64,000 nt of DNA from Acidobacteriota bacterium (GCA_040755995.1 JBFMAF010000024.1:128001-192000); one strand, 5' to 3'; positions 9,974-20,602 are shown, counted from the stretch's first letter. The notes: generated by a model from the sequence alone, not told the origin. A program made the numbers and translations.

Positions 9974-12900
9974 CTAGTCAGCCGTCAGCACTGGCGAGGA
10001 CCCTCGAGCCAATGCCAGCACCAGATCCTGCACCGTGGCGTCGGTTGTGACCCTCCGGGCCGATTCCTCGATCGAGAGCCAGTCGTTCAGGTGCAACTGA
10101 GGGGCGCCTTCGAGCACCCGGTCGAAGAGAGCCGGCTGGATGGCCGGGATGAGACGGGCGGGCAGCTGCAGCCGGTTCATTACCACGCACAGCATCACAC
10201 GCGGATGGATTCGCTCGACGACGCGGGCCCCGGCCGGATCGACTTCGAAGTCATCATACGGCGGCAGCACGCGGTCGTCGAGCCCTACGGAGACGTGTGT
10301 GCGCAGCAAGGGAAGTCCGACGAGCTCGCGCACCGACGCGCGTGTCGAGGCATCCTGCCATAGGGCCATCAGCTCTTCGACCCGCGCCAGATCGATCTCC
10401 ATCTCGGGAACCCGAAGCCGCTCGTTCTCGATGTCTTGGAGCAGCCGGCGCCCGAGGAAGTACAGCTCCGAGGGGGTCAACGTCGCCTCACCCGGAGCGG
10501 GCTCCGTGGTTGCCCCCTGGAGCACAGCGTACCTCTTGCGCCCGAGGATGTCGGGCAGCGTGCGCGCCACGAAGGAGCTTGTTACCCGGTCGTGTGCCAT
10601 CAGAATCGAAACGCCCAGGTCATAACACCCGGCGACAAACCGCATGCCGGCATCGTTGATGCGCCCCGGAGCCGGCAGGTTGGACATCGCGCTGAACTGC
10701 GCCTCGAGTCTGAGGTTCGAGTGCGACGCCGTGGCGTTGACATCGAGCATGCGCCCGAGGCGGAACCCGCGGGTCGCAAAGGGGATGAAGTCCACGGAGC
10801 CGACGATCGCCCCCTTCTGCATGCACTTGCTTCCCCAAATCAAGTCGGCGAGCCTTCCCTCTTCCCAGGGGTTGTCCCGCACGATCTCCTCGCGATCCGG
10901 CCGCTCGAACGTATGGTTCACGACCAGCCCCGATCTGACGGGATAGCGGGGATCCAGATCCTTGGCATACAGATACCCGAGCAATGTGTTGGCAAGGAAG
11001 CAGTTGAGCGATCTCGTCATCGGCTCGAGAACCTCCGGCACGCGCTCCGCCAGCCTCCGCTGTGCCTCCTGCAAAGCGCGCCTATCCTGCTGGGCAACCG
11101 CGCGATCCAGGCGCCGCCGTGCGTCAGCCACCTCCTTCCGCAGCGACTCCAGCGCTTCCAGCATCCCGATCCGCTCCTGAATCACCTCTCGCACCAGAAG
11201 GTTGCACTCCGCGTCCCTCCACTGGACGAGGTCCTTCAGAGTGGGGTCGGTCCAGCCGAACACGTTCTCGCGCAGCAGCCTTCTCAGCGTTTCGCTTTCC
11301 GGAAGGCGTACGAGAGTGGCGTTGTCCAAGGTAGTCTGAGCAGCTGACTCGAGCTCCGCGAGCAACTGCGGGACATCGGCGCCCGGCGCGCGGCCTATGT
11401 TCTGGCATGCGCTCAGCGTGCTGCAGACCCCCAACCAGACTCCAAGCACCACGTCGAGCGTGTTGACGCTCTGCTGCGAGAGGAAGCTCCCCGCAGTACG
11501 CGCGGCAAGGCGTGCCGCATCGTATCGTCGATACCGGATACCTTCGCCTGCCTCCGCCAGCGGCACATCGATCGGCTGCCCCGCGCCGGCGAGGGTAGCG
11601 GCCAGTACGCTGTGAGCCTCGCCATCGGCTGCACATCCCAACGCGCCAAGGAGCGATTGGACCCAGACGAGGCCGCCGCGTCCGAGGCCCTCCTTGGAAT
11701 CGGGCCGCACGGCGAGAAACTGGTCGTAGAGCTCGGTCACGCGGGAGGCCGGGAGCGCATCGTTGAGCGCCGTGATCTGGAGTATCCGCATGCAGGACTG
11801 GAATAGCTTGATCGTCGTGTTGCGAAGCTCCCGGTTCCCGATCTGGTCAATGCGGTGGAGCATGAAGAGGTAGTCGAGCACGCGTTGCTCCTGCCCGCCC
11901 AGCGGAATCCCCTCGACGAGTCGATAGGCCGCTCCGTGGCGCTCGTAATTGCGGTACAGCGCGGGCAGTGAGAGATTGCCTACGGCCTCCGGCTGGTCCC
12001 TGAAGATCGCCTGGATGGCAGCGAACTTCTCGGCAGGGCTCTTTTGCTGCGCAAGGAGCACGTCGCCGCGGGCGTCCTCCAGATGCTCGGCGATTTCCAG
12101 AAAACTCTCGAGTGGATCCAGGCTCGCCTTCTCGCGTCCTGAGCGGCCCTGGGCCGCACCGAGCTTCTGCAGGAGTCTCTCCATGTCCTGCTGGTCCTCG
12201 ATCGGGTCACCGTCGCTGAGAGCGATGTGCCAGGCCAGCGGTGATGCAGGCATGCGGATCTCTCCGGCGCGCTCGTCGATCTCTGCATGCATCACCAGGT
12301 CCTGGAAATCCCACAGCCGGCGCCATGACAGGCGATGCTGCTCGTATGCATCGGCAAAAGGCAGCCTGGCGGCCCTGAACAGACGTCGCGCCCTGTCCAG
12401 GGCCTGCGTCTCAGGCAGCCTCAGGCCCAGCAACACCTGCTGCTTCAGCCTCGGTTGCTTCGCCATCACGCTGACGAAGTAGGCGCTCTTCCCGTTCTCG
12501 AAGATCGACCGTGTCAGCCTGGGTGAGTCCTGAGTGGAGCAGCCGAGGAGATCGGACCAGATCCGCATCGCCAGGCGGTCGAGCGCGACCTGATCCCTTG
12601 CCCACGGGCTGGGGGATGAAGAAGCCAGATCGCGTTTCACCTGAGCGCGCTCCGATGGGCTCAGCATGCCGGGCAGCACAAGCTGAGCCACGCCGGTCCC
12701 GATATCCACCTGCAGCGAATCGCCGAAGTTGTACAGCCCCCAGAGCAATCGCTCACTCTCGTAGAGCGCTCGCAGCCCCACCTCCTGGCGCAGGAACTCG
12801 AGGGTTACCGGCTCGGTGCGCGCCAGCACGATGTACAGCATGTCGGCCTGGAGGTCGTTGAGGAAGCGAATGAGCAGCTCATCAGAGCTCAGCTTGGGTT

Positions 12901-13468
12901 CGCCAAGCGCCTCCCGGAACCACCGCAGATGCTCTTGCGGAATAGCGGCCTGGAAGTAGGGCAGCGACAGGGTCACGTTCTGGCCGTTGGCGAGGCGCTG
13001 CGTGAGGTCTTCGAGGTCCACACCGGCACGTGCAAGCAGCGTTCGTCTGAGGCTCTCGTCTAGGCCGCCGGCCGGCTTCAGCATCTCGTCTCTTCCGGGT
13101 TCATATCCTAGAAACATCAGCAGGTCAGCCGTTTTCCGCATGCTGACTGACGGGCTGGCAGGCGCCGCCCCGTAAGTACGTTCCAGCTCGTCGAGCTTGC
13201 GGCGGAGCTGCTGCAGAGCGTTCAGTTGACGGTCGATCTCGTTCTGCTTCACCCTCGGCGCGACTCTGCCGAACTGGCGATAGTCGGCCATCAGGCACTC
13301 GATGTATCTGTACAGCCCCGCTCCACCCATGCCCGTGCAGCCAGTGGCCCAGTCTCCGCCGGGAGACTGCACGGCGACTGCGGCGGACGGCACATCGATG
13401 GCGGGCAGCAGCGCGGACGTCGCACCGACCAGGACCAGCACCAATGGAAGGACGGTTCGGCTTCCCAT
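9974..13468 (-). CDS. Large (~1160 aa) exported hypothetical protein, mostly helical
   Basis: Long ORF, GGAG RBS before ATG 13468, hydrophobic signal peptide. No domain recognised. Confidence 0.8.
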   Translation of the reverse strand: MGSRTVLPLVLVLVGATSALLPAIDVPSAAVAVQSPGGDWATGCTGMGGAGLYRYIECLMADYRQFGRVAPRVKQNEIDRQLNALQQLRRKLDELERTYGAAPASPSVSMRKTADLLMFLGYEPGRDEMLKPAGGLDESLRRTLLARAGVDLEDLTQRLANGQNVTLSLPYFQAAIPQEHLRWFREALGEPKLSSDELLIRFLNDLQADMLYIVLARTEPVTLEFLRQEVGLRALYESERLLWGLYNFGDSLQVDIGTGVAQLVLPGMLSPSERAQVKRDLASSSPSPWARDQVALDRLAMRIWSDLLGCSTQDSPRLTRSIFENGKSAYFVSVMAKQPRLKQQVLLGLRLPETQALDRARRLFRAARLPFADAYEQHRLSWRRLWDFQDLVMHAEIDERAGEIRMPASPLAWHIALSDGDPIEDQQDMERLLQKLGAAQGRSGREKASLDPLESFLEIAEHLEDARGDVLLAQQKSPAEKFAAIQAIFRDQPEAVGNLSLPALYRNYERHGAAYRLVEGIPLGGQEQRVLDYLFMLHRIDQIGNRELRNTTIKLFQSCMRILQITALNDALPASRVTELYDQFLAVRPDSKEGLGRGGLVWVQSLLGALGCAADGEAHSVLAATLAGAGQPIDVPLAEAGEGIRYRRYDAARLAARTAGSFLSQQSVNTLDVVLGVWLGVCSTLSACQNIGRAPGADVPQLLAELESAAQTTLDNATLVRLPESETLRRLLRENVFGWTDPTLKDLVQWRDAECNLLVREVIQERIGMLEALESLRKEVADARRRLDRAVAQQDRRALQEAQRRLAERVPEVLEPMTRSLNCFLANTLLGYLYAKDLDPRYPVRSGLVVNHTFERPDREEIVRDNPWEEGRLADLIWGSKCMQKGAIVGSVDFIPFATRGFRLGRMLDVNATASHSNLRLEAQFSAMSNLPAPGRINDAGMRFVAGCYDLGVSILMAHDRVTSSFVARTLPDILGRKRYAVLQGATTEPAPGEATLTPSELYFLGRRLLQDIENERLRVPEMEIDLARVEELMALWQDASTRASVRELVGLPLLRTHVSVGLDDRVLPPYDDFEVDPAGARVVERIHPRVMLCVVMNRLQLPARLIPAIQPALFDRVLEGAPQLHLNDWLSIEESARRVTTDATVQDLVLALARGSSPVLTAD

Positions 13469-13527
13469 GGACAGAACTCCTCGGTTTCCGACTCCCCGGC
13501 TATTATACGAGAGCCGCCCGTAAAGGG

Positions 13528-14196
13528 CTAGCGAGTCACGAATCTTTTCTGCAGCAGTGCACCCTCCAACATCGAGCACCACTCGGCGATCCCCTCGCCG
13601 GTGCGCGCCGACGTGAGCAGCAGCCGCCCGCAGGGGTGAAGCGACGCCACCTGCCCCCGCACAGCGTCAAGGTCGAACGAGACGTGCGGCAGCAAGTCGA
13701 CTTTGCTAAGCACGCAAACCGACGCACGCGAGAAAATGGCCGGATACTTGAACGGCTTGTCCTCGCCCTCGGTGACCGACAGGACGACGACCTTGAAGTC
13801 TTCTCCGAGATCGTACGAGGTGGGACAGATGAGGTTGCCCACGTTTTCGATGAATAGAAAATCCAGGTTTGTGGGAAACCTTGCTTCCTGCATGGCCTTC
13901 CGGATCTGGCGCGCATCGAGATGGCAGGCGCCTCCTGTGAGTATCTGGTAGGCGGGCACGCCGAGCGCGCGGAGGCGCATCGCGTCTCGCTCGGTTGCGA
14001 TGTCGCCTTCGATGACACCGATCGAAAACCGGCTGCTCATCGCGCGTACGGTGGCCTCCAGCAGAGTCGTCTTCCCCGAGCCCGGAGATGAGATGAGGTT
14101 GACGACGAGGCGGCTGGTGGATTCCGCGCGCAGCCGCGCGGCCTCGGCTTCGTTCGCCTCCAGTATGCTGCGTTTCACGTCGATGACTTCAGTCAC
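13528..14196 (-). CDS. hypB: Hydrogenase nickel-incorporation GTPase HypB
   Basis: SSPGSGKTTLLE, GACHLDA, ENVGNLICP and EGEDKPFKYP. Confidence 0.95.
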   Translation of the reverse strand: MTEVIDVKRSILEANEAEAARLRAESTSRLVVNLISSPGSGKTTLLEATVRAMSSRFSIGVIEGDIATERDAMRLRALGVPAYQILTGGACHLDARQIRKAMQEARFPTNLDFLFIENVGNLICPTSYDLGEDFKVVVLSVTEGEDKPFKYPAIFSRASVCVLSKVDLLPHVSFDLDAVRGQVASLHPCGRLLLTSARTGEGIAEWCSMLEGALLQKRFVTR

Positions 14197-14608
14197 GACT
14201 GATCTCCGCGGCGGGCTCAGCGCCCGCCTGCGCAGGTTGTCCAGCCTCGCGGATCTCGTCTTCCGTCAGATAGGTCACCTGCAGCAGATCGAGCTCCATG
14301 CCGCCTTCGATCCGCAGCGGGTGCTGGCAGTCCGGACAGAGTGCCAGCCAGCTCCCGGGCTCGCGCCGCTTCTCGGCGGCGCACTGTTCACAGTACTGTT
14401 TCGCCGGGCACCACATCACATCCAGGTAGCTGCTTTGGTCGGGGCTCCCGGTGACCAGCGCCTCCCAGGCGAACTTCAGCAGATCGGGCTCGATCGCCCT
14501 CAGCTCGCCCACGGCGACTCGCACCGTTTCGACTCTTCCCGGCCCGTACTGCGCGACGGCCTCGCGAGCGACGCGGTAGATCTCACTCGCGATGCTAAGC
14601 TCGTGCAC
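14189..14608 (-). CDS. hypA: Nickel metallochaperone HypA
   Basis: MHELSIA N-terminus, CEQC...CPDC, overlaps hypB. Confidence 0.93.
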   Translation of the reverse strand: MHELSIASEIYRVAREAVAQYGPGRVETVRVAVGELRAIEPDLLKFAWEALVTGSPDQSSYLDVMWCPAKQYCEQCAAEKRREPGSWLALCPDCQHPLRIEGGMELDLLQVTYLTEDEIREAGQPAQAGAEPAAEISRD

Positions 14609-15010
14609 TCGACGGCCCTTTCATCTCTCTAGATCCAGTCGACAATTCTGGTCCGCCCACCGCGCGTTGTCAATTGATGGGCGCAGTTGATGATCCGCGG
14701 GGCAGCGTTTTCGTTCCCGAATTGCGTGTGTGTCATTAGCTGCAGATCCTGCTGTCGCTGGCCATCGTCGGCTCTGATGGCGTGACAAGGGATCACATGA
14801 GCCACAACAGCATGTTCGGTTCGAATCCGTGTAGTGCCTTGCCGCCCCGTACACTCGGTGGCACCCCTCGCCCGCCTGTGCGATACGCCCCAGGGTGGCA
14901 GCGCGGCAGCGCCTCGATGCTGGCCGCGGGGTGCGCGGCGTGCTATTGTAGGGCGCTGAGGTCTGGATTCAGTGGTGTAGGAAGCGCAGCCATCACAGGA
15001 GATTCTCGAG

Positions 15011-17677
15011 ATGCCATCATTTCTACTTGGCCTGGTACTATTCGCATTTGCCGTGCAGCCGGTGCTGGCGGCTTCGAAGCCCAAGACGGCAGCGGCCGCT
15101 GTTGCCCCGGAACGCAAAGTGGACGCGGTGCTCCTTTCGGCGCTGAAGGCGCGGAGCATCGGACCGGCTATCATGGGTGGGAGGGTCTCGGAGATCGCCC
15201 TTGATCCGCAGTCCCCCAACGTATTCTACGTGGCTCTGGGCACCGGCGGGCTGATGAAGACGACTGACAACGGGGCCACGTTTCAGGCGGTGTTCGAGAA
15301 GGAGGCGGTGGCTTCGATCGGAGCCGTTGCGGTGGCGCCGTCTGATCCGAAGGTGGTGTGGGTAGGGACCGGGGAGGCGAACGACCGCAATAGCTCGAGC
15401 TGGGGAAACGGCATCTATCGTTCCGCCGACGGCGGCGACACCTGGGCGCACGTGGGGCTGGCAGACAGCAAGGTAATCGCGAGAATTGCCGTGCACCCGA
15501 ACGATCCACATACGGCATGGGTGGCCGTGCTGGGAGACCTGTGGGTGCCGAGTCCGAGTCGTGGCCTGCACAAGACGACCGATGGCGGAAAGACGTGGAA
15601 GCTCGTTTTGCAGGCGCCCGCTCCTTACAGCACAAAGGTCGGCTGTGGAGAAGTCGTCCTGGATCCGTCGGACCCGAGTGTGCTCTACGCGGCGGTGTAC
15701 GCGAGGCAGAGGAGCCCGTGGTCGCTGACGGTGGGTCCGGAGTGCACCGACGGGAAGGACTTGGGCGGGATCTTCAAGAGTTCCGACGGAGGAGCCACGT
15801 GGAAGAAACTGGTCAATGGGCTGCCGGGACGCACCGCACGGATCGGCCTGGATGTGAGCCGCAAGAATCCAAAGGTCGTTTACGCCATCGTCCAGTCGGA
15901 TGAGGGCGGCCAGACTGACATCGACGCTCTCAGGAGCAAGCGTGGAGGCGTTTTTCGATCGGAAGACGCAGGCGAAACGTGGGTGCGCACGAATCCTCTG
16001 AACCCGCGTTCCTTCTATTTCAGCCAGATTCGCGTGGACCCGTCCAACGACCAGCGAGTCTATGTCCTCGGGTACGCGATGCACGTGTCGGAAGACGGGG
16101 GCAAGACCTACCGGGAGGACTGCTTCCAGAAGGTCCACCCTGATTGTCACGCCCTGGCGATCGACCCGCGCGATCCGAAGCGGCTGATCCTTGGAACCGA
16201 CGGCGGGCCCTACCTTAGCTACGACGGCGGCAAGGGATGGGCGCACCTGAACAACATGGCGGCCGGCGAGTACTATCGCATCACAGTGGACATGAGCACG
16301 CCGTACCGCATCGCGGGTGGGCTGCAAGACAACACGAACTGGGTCGGCCCAAGCATGACATGGTCGAAGGAAGGGATCCGGAATTGCGACTGGCAGAACA
16401 TCGGGGGAGGCGACGGCTTCTATTGCGTGTTCGACGCCGATGATCCGAACATAGTCTACGCCGAGGGTCAAGAGGGCTATGCGCACCGTGTCAATCTGGG
16501 GAACGGCGAGCTCAAGGAGCTGCGCCCACAGCCTGCCGAAGGGAATCCGGCGTTCCGATTCCACTGGGCGTCTCCTCTGATTCCGAGCCCGCATCGCAAG
16601 GGCGTCATCTACCTTGCCGGGAACGTCGTCTTCGAGATGACAAACAAGGGAGAGGAATGGCGTGTCATCAGTCCCGATCTCTCGACCCAGGACCCGAAAA
16701 AGACGACGTCGGTTGGAAGCGGCGCGGAGAACTACGGAGTCGTGTACACGCTGGCAGAGTCGCCCATCAAGCCCGGGCTGCTTTGGGCAGGCACCGACGA
16801 CGGCAAGCTGTGGCGATGCGACGCCGGTGTATGGACTGATCTCACGACGAATCTACCGGCGCCGGTCAAAGGACAGTGGATCGGACGAATCGAGGCCGGG
16901 CATTTCGATCCCGCGGTCGCCTACCTTGCAATAGACGCGCATCGGACCGGCTTGTACTCTCCGTTCGCCTACCGCACGTCAGATGCCGGGAAGACGTGGC
17001 GGCCCGTCGCATCCGACCTGCCCCCCGACGGACCCGTGAAGGTCGTCCGCGAAGACGTCAAGAATCCGAAACTCCTTTTCGCAGGAACTGAGTTCGGGCT
17101 CTTCGCGAGCCTGGACCAGGGTGCTCATTGGAACAGGTTCGGTGACCTGCCCACAGTCGCGGTGGATGACATCGTGATTCACCCCCGGGACATGGACCTT
17201 ATCGTGGGGACACACGGACGCAGCATCTACATCGTCGACGATATCCGGCCGCTGCAGGAGCTGACCTCAGAGGTGCTCGAGCGGGAGGCTACCTTGTTCT
17301 CGATTCGACCCGCATTCGGCCGCTACCAGCTTCTCGACTGGACCGACTCCGCCGGCAACGCAGTCTACCGGGGAGCCAATCCGCCTGAAGGGGCGATCAT
17401 CAACCTCTTCGTCAAGGACTTTACCGGGCAGCCAGCGAAGATCACCATCACCAACGCGCAAGGACAGGCAGTCGCAAGTCTGACCACACCCGGCACGCCC
17501 GGGATCAATCGCGTCACCTGGGACCTCAAGCCGACCAAGGACCTGATGATCACGTACGGTGGCCTCGGATACAAGTTCCTCGCGACGGGTGACTATGACG
17601 TGGCGCTCGCTTACGGCAAGACCAAGCAGACGCAGAAACTCCACGTCGAGATCGCACCAGGGATCGAGACGCGCTAG
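15011..17677 (+). CDS. Secreted BNR/Asp-box (VPS10/sortilin-like) beta-propeller protein
   Basis: Signal peptide, RSIGPAIMGGRV, many S.DGG.TW Asp-boxes and GGLQDN. Confidence 0.88.
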   Translation: MPSFLLGLVLFAFAVQPVLAASKPKTAAAAVAPERKVDAVLLSALKARSIGPAIMGGRVSEIALDPQSPNVFYVALGTGGLMKTTDNGATFQAVFEKEAVASIGAVAVAPSDPKVVWVGTGEANDRNSSSWGNGIYRSADGGDTWAHVGLADSKVIARIAVHPNDPHTAWVAVLGDLWVPSPSRGLHKTTDGGKTWKLVLQAPAPYSTKVGCGEVVLDPSDPSVLYAAVYARQRSPWSLTVGPECTDGKDLGGIFKSSDGGATWKKLVNGLPGRTARIGLDVSRKNPKVVYAIVQSDEGGQTDIDALRSKRGGVFRSEDAGETWVRTNPLNPRSFYFSQIRVDPSNDQRVYVLGYAMHVSEDGGKTYREDCFQKVHPDCHALAIDPRDPKRLILGTDGGPYLSYDGGKGWAHLNNMAAGEYYRITVDMSTPYRIAGGLQDNTNWVGPSMTWSKEGIRNCDWQNIGGGDGFYCVFDADDPNIVYAEGQEGYAHRVNLGNGELKELRPQPAEGNPAFRFHWASPLIPSPHRKGVIYLAGNVVFEMTNKGEEWRVISPDLSTQDPKKTTSVGSGAENYGVVYTLAESPIKPGLLWAGTDDGKLWRCDAGVWTDLTTNLPAPVKGQWIGRIEAGHFDPAVAYLAIDAHRTGLYSPFAYRTSDAGKTWRPVASDLPPDGPVKVVREDVKNPKLLFAGTEFGLFASLDQGAHWNRFGDLPTVAVDDIVIHPRDMDLIVGTHGRSIYIVDDIRPLQELTSEVLEREATLFSIRPAFGRYQLLDWTDSAGNAVYRGANPPEGAIINLFVKDFTGQPAKITITNAQGQAVASLTTPGTPGINRVTWDLKPTKDLMITYGGLGYKFLATGDYDVALAYGKTKQTQKLHVEIAPGIETR

Positions 17678-17835
17678 CCGGAGGAAGACGGGAGACGAAA
17701 GACGGAAGGCGGGGATGCGATGGCAAGATGCGGTGAAGGGGTCTTGTCGGGCTCTCCGCGGCTCCCCATCACCGCGTCTCCGCGTCCGCTGCCGCACGCC
17801 CGGGCACCTCAGGCCCCAGAGCGCAACGGAGACGC

Positions 17836-20208
17836 TCACGGCGGAACCGGCTGCTTCTGAAGGTACTTTACGAAGGTGACCTTGTTGCCCTCGAAGGTCT
17901 CCGGCTCGTACCAGATCCCGTCGACAGACTTGCGGGTCAGGAACAGCCCAATCCCGCCGATCGGCTGGTCGATCGTGGCATGGCCGTCGTAACGGTTGAG
18001 TTTCGCCTCGAAGTCGAACGGCATGCCGTAGTCGGTGACCGTGACGCACAACCCGTCGGCGCGCGGGTGGAACTCGACCTGGAACGTCTCGTTCGTATCC
18101 CCGCCATAAGCATGCATGATCACGTTGGTGGCCACCTCATCCAACGCCAGCGAGATCTGGTATAGCTCACCCTCGCTGAACCCGATGTCTCGCCCGACCG
18201 CTTCGGCCAGCGAGCAGATCTTCCCGAGCATGCCTGTCCGCGCCGGCAGCTCCATGCGAATGCCTCCGTGGCACTCCGCCACCTGAACCACCCGCATGTG
18301 CTCCTCTTCCTTCCGCCGCCTGAGCGTCACGATGGTGATGTCATCGTCGCGCCCGCCGTGAGGCGAGAACTTCTCAACGACGCTCAGCAGCCCCTCCGCA
18401 ATCTCCACGCAGGGTCTCTCGCTCAACGGGCCCACCGAATCCATCAGCCGTTCCATACCGAACATGTCGCCCTGAGCGTCCATCGCCTCCGTAACGCCGT
18501 CCGTGTACAGCAGGAGCGCCTCGCCCGGCCCAAGCGTGAACTCGGTCGTGTGGAAATGCGTGGCCGGCAGCACAGCCACTGGCAGGTTCGTCTTCATATG
18601 AATCGCCGCGGCTTTCTCGCCGGGCCTCAAATGAAGGGGCGGATTGTGCCCCGCACACACGAAGCGAGTGAATCCGGTGTTCAAGTGGTATTCACCATAG
18701 AGCACGGTCACGAACATGCCCGCGACGTTGTCGCGCGCGAGCATGTGATTGACACGTCTCATGACTTCCGCGGGTTGGTAGTTCCTCTCGGCGATCTCGC
18801 GCACCAGCATGCGGGTCATTGCCATCATGAGGGAGGACGGTGCGCCCTTGCCGGATACGTCCGCCACGACGATGGCTATCCGGTCTCCCGGCAAACGGAA
18901 GAAATCATAGTAGTCCCCGGCGACCTCGCGCGCCGGCTTCGTCAGCCCGTAAATGTCGAGCCGATCCTGGAACTCGGGAAACGGCGGGAATATGCGGGGC
19001 AGGATGCTCTGCTGGATCTCCGCTGCGATCATGAGCTCCTGCCTGTACCGCTCCTTCTGCGCCGCCGTCGATTTGACCGTCTCGATCTGATCCGCGATCG
19101 CCTTCCCCATGTAGTTGAATGCTCCGGAGAGCCGGCGGATCTCGGTGGGGCCCTCGTTCGTGTTCAGCCTTTGGTCGAACGCCCCGCGTGAGTACTGTTC
19201 AGCCTGCTTCACGAGCTGTGAGATGGGCGAGGCGACAGAAGCAGACACGAGCAGAATCAGCGCGACAAGCAGAACAAGTATGATCGCGGACACGACGGCC
19301 ACGTTGGACTTCAGCTGCCTGAGCGGCCTCAGAATCTCGGCGGACGGGTAAATGACCGTCAGCGTCCAGCCCGTGGCCTGGAGCGGAGTGCATATGACCC
19401 AGGACGACCGGCGCGTGAAAGGATCGATCATCTCCACGAAATCGGGACCGGGCGTGCGGATGAGCTCGGCCAGTTGACGCATGCTCCCGTCGGTCGAGTC
19501 CTCGTCCATCTGCCCCAGCGTCCTCTGCGACAGCACACCCTCCGTGGGATGCGCTATGAGATGCCCGTCGCTGGTCACCACAAAAGCGAATCCGCTCTCT
19601 CCAACGGTCACCTTGCGTATCCTGCGGACGAGATCCTCGAGTGAGATGTCCACAGTGGCAACCCCGATCGTGGTGCCGCTGGCACGGATAGGCACGGAGT
19701 ACGTCGTCATGAGCACATTCCCGCCTCCACGGTCAAAGTACGGCTCTCCCCAGGTCCCGCCGTTCCGTTCCAGAGGCGTCTTGTACCAATCCCACCTCGG
19801 GTAGTCGTAGGCGGGGTCGGCAAGAGACGTGAATGCAACCCCGTGGGACGTTCGGTGGAAATAGGGGGAGAAGCGCCCGAGGGCCGTGGCTCCGGGCACG
19901 AAGGCGGCCGTTGTCCCGAAAACATTGGGACTTGTCTCGAGGGTGTTCCTGAGAAGGCGTTCGACACTCGACTTCTCGATCGGGTCCATAGACGCTATCG
20001 CAACCGCCACACCGTCGGCGATCTTCTGCGAGGACTCGAAGAGAATGTCGAACTGAACTCCTTGTGAGCTGGCGAGCTGATACGTCTCGGCGTTGATCTG
20101 CTCCAGCACCGTCTGCTCGCTCTTCCGGAAACTGGCGAAAATGACGATGCCAAGCAGGAGCACGATAGTCGGTATCAGTACGGCGAGCAGGCGAGACCGC
20201 AGACTCAA
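17836..20208 (-). CDS. Cache-HAMP-PP2C (SpoIIE) phosphatase fused to C-terminal RsbW-like HATPase domain
   Basis: TM-dCache (WYKTP...WGEPYFD)-TM-HAMP, then VAGDYYD/ADVSGKG/YTDGVTEA/DDIT, then LALDEVATNVIMHAY...DYG.PFD...GGIGLFL. Confidence 0.9.
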   Translation of the reverse strand: MSLRSRLLAVLIPTIVLLLGIVIFASFRKSEQTVLEQINAETYQLASSQGVQFDILFESSQKIADGVAVAIASMDPIEKSSVERLLRNTLETSPNVFGTTAAFVPGATALGRFSPYFHRTSHGVAFTSLADPAYDYPRWDWYKTPLERNGGTWGEPYFDRGGGNVLMTTYSVPIRASGTTIGVATVDISLEDLVRRIRKVTVGESGFAFVVTSDGHLIAHPTEGVLSQRTLGQMDEDSTDGSMRQLAELIRTPGPDFVEMIDPFTRRSSWVICTPLQATGWTLTVIYPSAEILRPLRQLKSNVAVVSAIILVLLVALILLVSASVASPISQLVKQAEQYSRGAFDQRLNTNEGPTEIRRLSGAFNYMGKAIADQIETVKSTAAQKERYRQELMIAAEIQQSILPRIFPPFPEFQDRLDIYGLTKPAREVAGDYYDFFRLPGDRIAIVVADVSGKGAPSSLMMAMTRMLVREIAERNYQPAEVMRRVNHMLARDNVAGMFVTVLYGEYHLNTGFTRFVCAGHNPPLHLRPGEKAAAIHMKTNLPVAVLPATHFHTTEFTLGPGEALLLYTDGVTEAMDAQGDMFGMERLMDSVGPLSERPCVEIAEGLLSVVEKFSPHGGRDDDITIVTLRRRKEEEHMRVVQVAECHGGIRMELPARTGMLGKICSLAEAVGRDIGFSEGELYQISLALDEVATNVIMHAYGGDTNETFQVEFHPRADGLCVTVTDYGMPFDFEAKLNRYDGHATIDQPIGGIGLFLTRKSVDGIWYEPETFEGNKVTFVKYLQKQPVPP

Positions 20209-20275
20209 GAAGTCACCTCAAGACGGAGAAACGATCGCTGTTTGGACGTGGCGGCAGAGCCGGCACTGCGGAGAG

Positions 20276-20602
20276 TCAGCTGAGCTTCTGAACGTCGGCA
20301 ACGATGGAGAAAATGCTGGAGAACCCTGAGATCTCCAACACCTCTCGAACGTTCTCCTGCGGGCTGACGAGCGCCATGCCGCCGGATTTGCCCTTGGCCG
20401 ATTTCAGTGTGGCCAGCAGCACACGCAGACCCGCGCTGCTCATGTACTGCACGCCGGCGAGATCCACAGCCAACCAGACTGTGCCCTTGTCCAGTTGCGC
20501 CTTGCACGCAGCCTCGAACTCGGGCGCCGTGTGGCCATCGATCCGCCCGGAAACGGCCATCACAGTCCACTTGCCCTCTGTCTTCGTCGCGTCAATCTGC
20601 AT
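20276..20602 (-). CDS. STAS anti-anti-sigma factor (RsbV/SpoIIAA-like)
   Basis: GRID...DLAGVQYMSSAGLRVL with the conserved phospho-Ser. GGAGG RBS. Confidence 0.93.
   Translation of the reverse strand: MQIDATKTEGKWTVMAVSGRIDGHTAPEFEAACKAQLDKGTVWLAVDLAGVQYMSSAGLRVLLATLKSAKGKSGGMALVSPQENVREVLEISGFSSIFSIVADVQKLS

Noticed and set aside
14782..14797. GTGA-N7-TCACA as a CRP/Rex-type site upstream of hypA
   Set aside because: The spacer is 7 rather than 6 and the left half is imperfect.
14812..14835. GGTTCGAATCC resembling a tRNA T-loop
   Set aside because: Only a 3-bp stem; no acceptor, D or anticodon arms could be folded.
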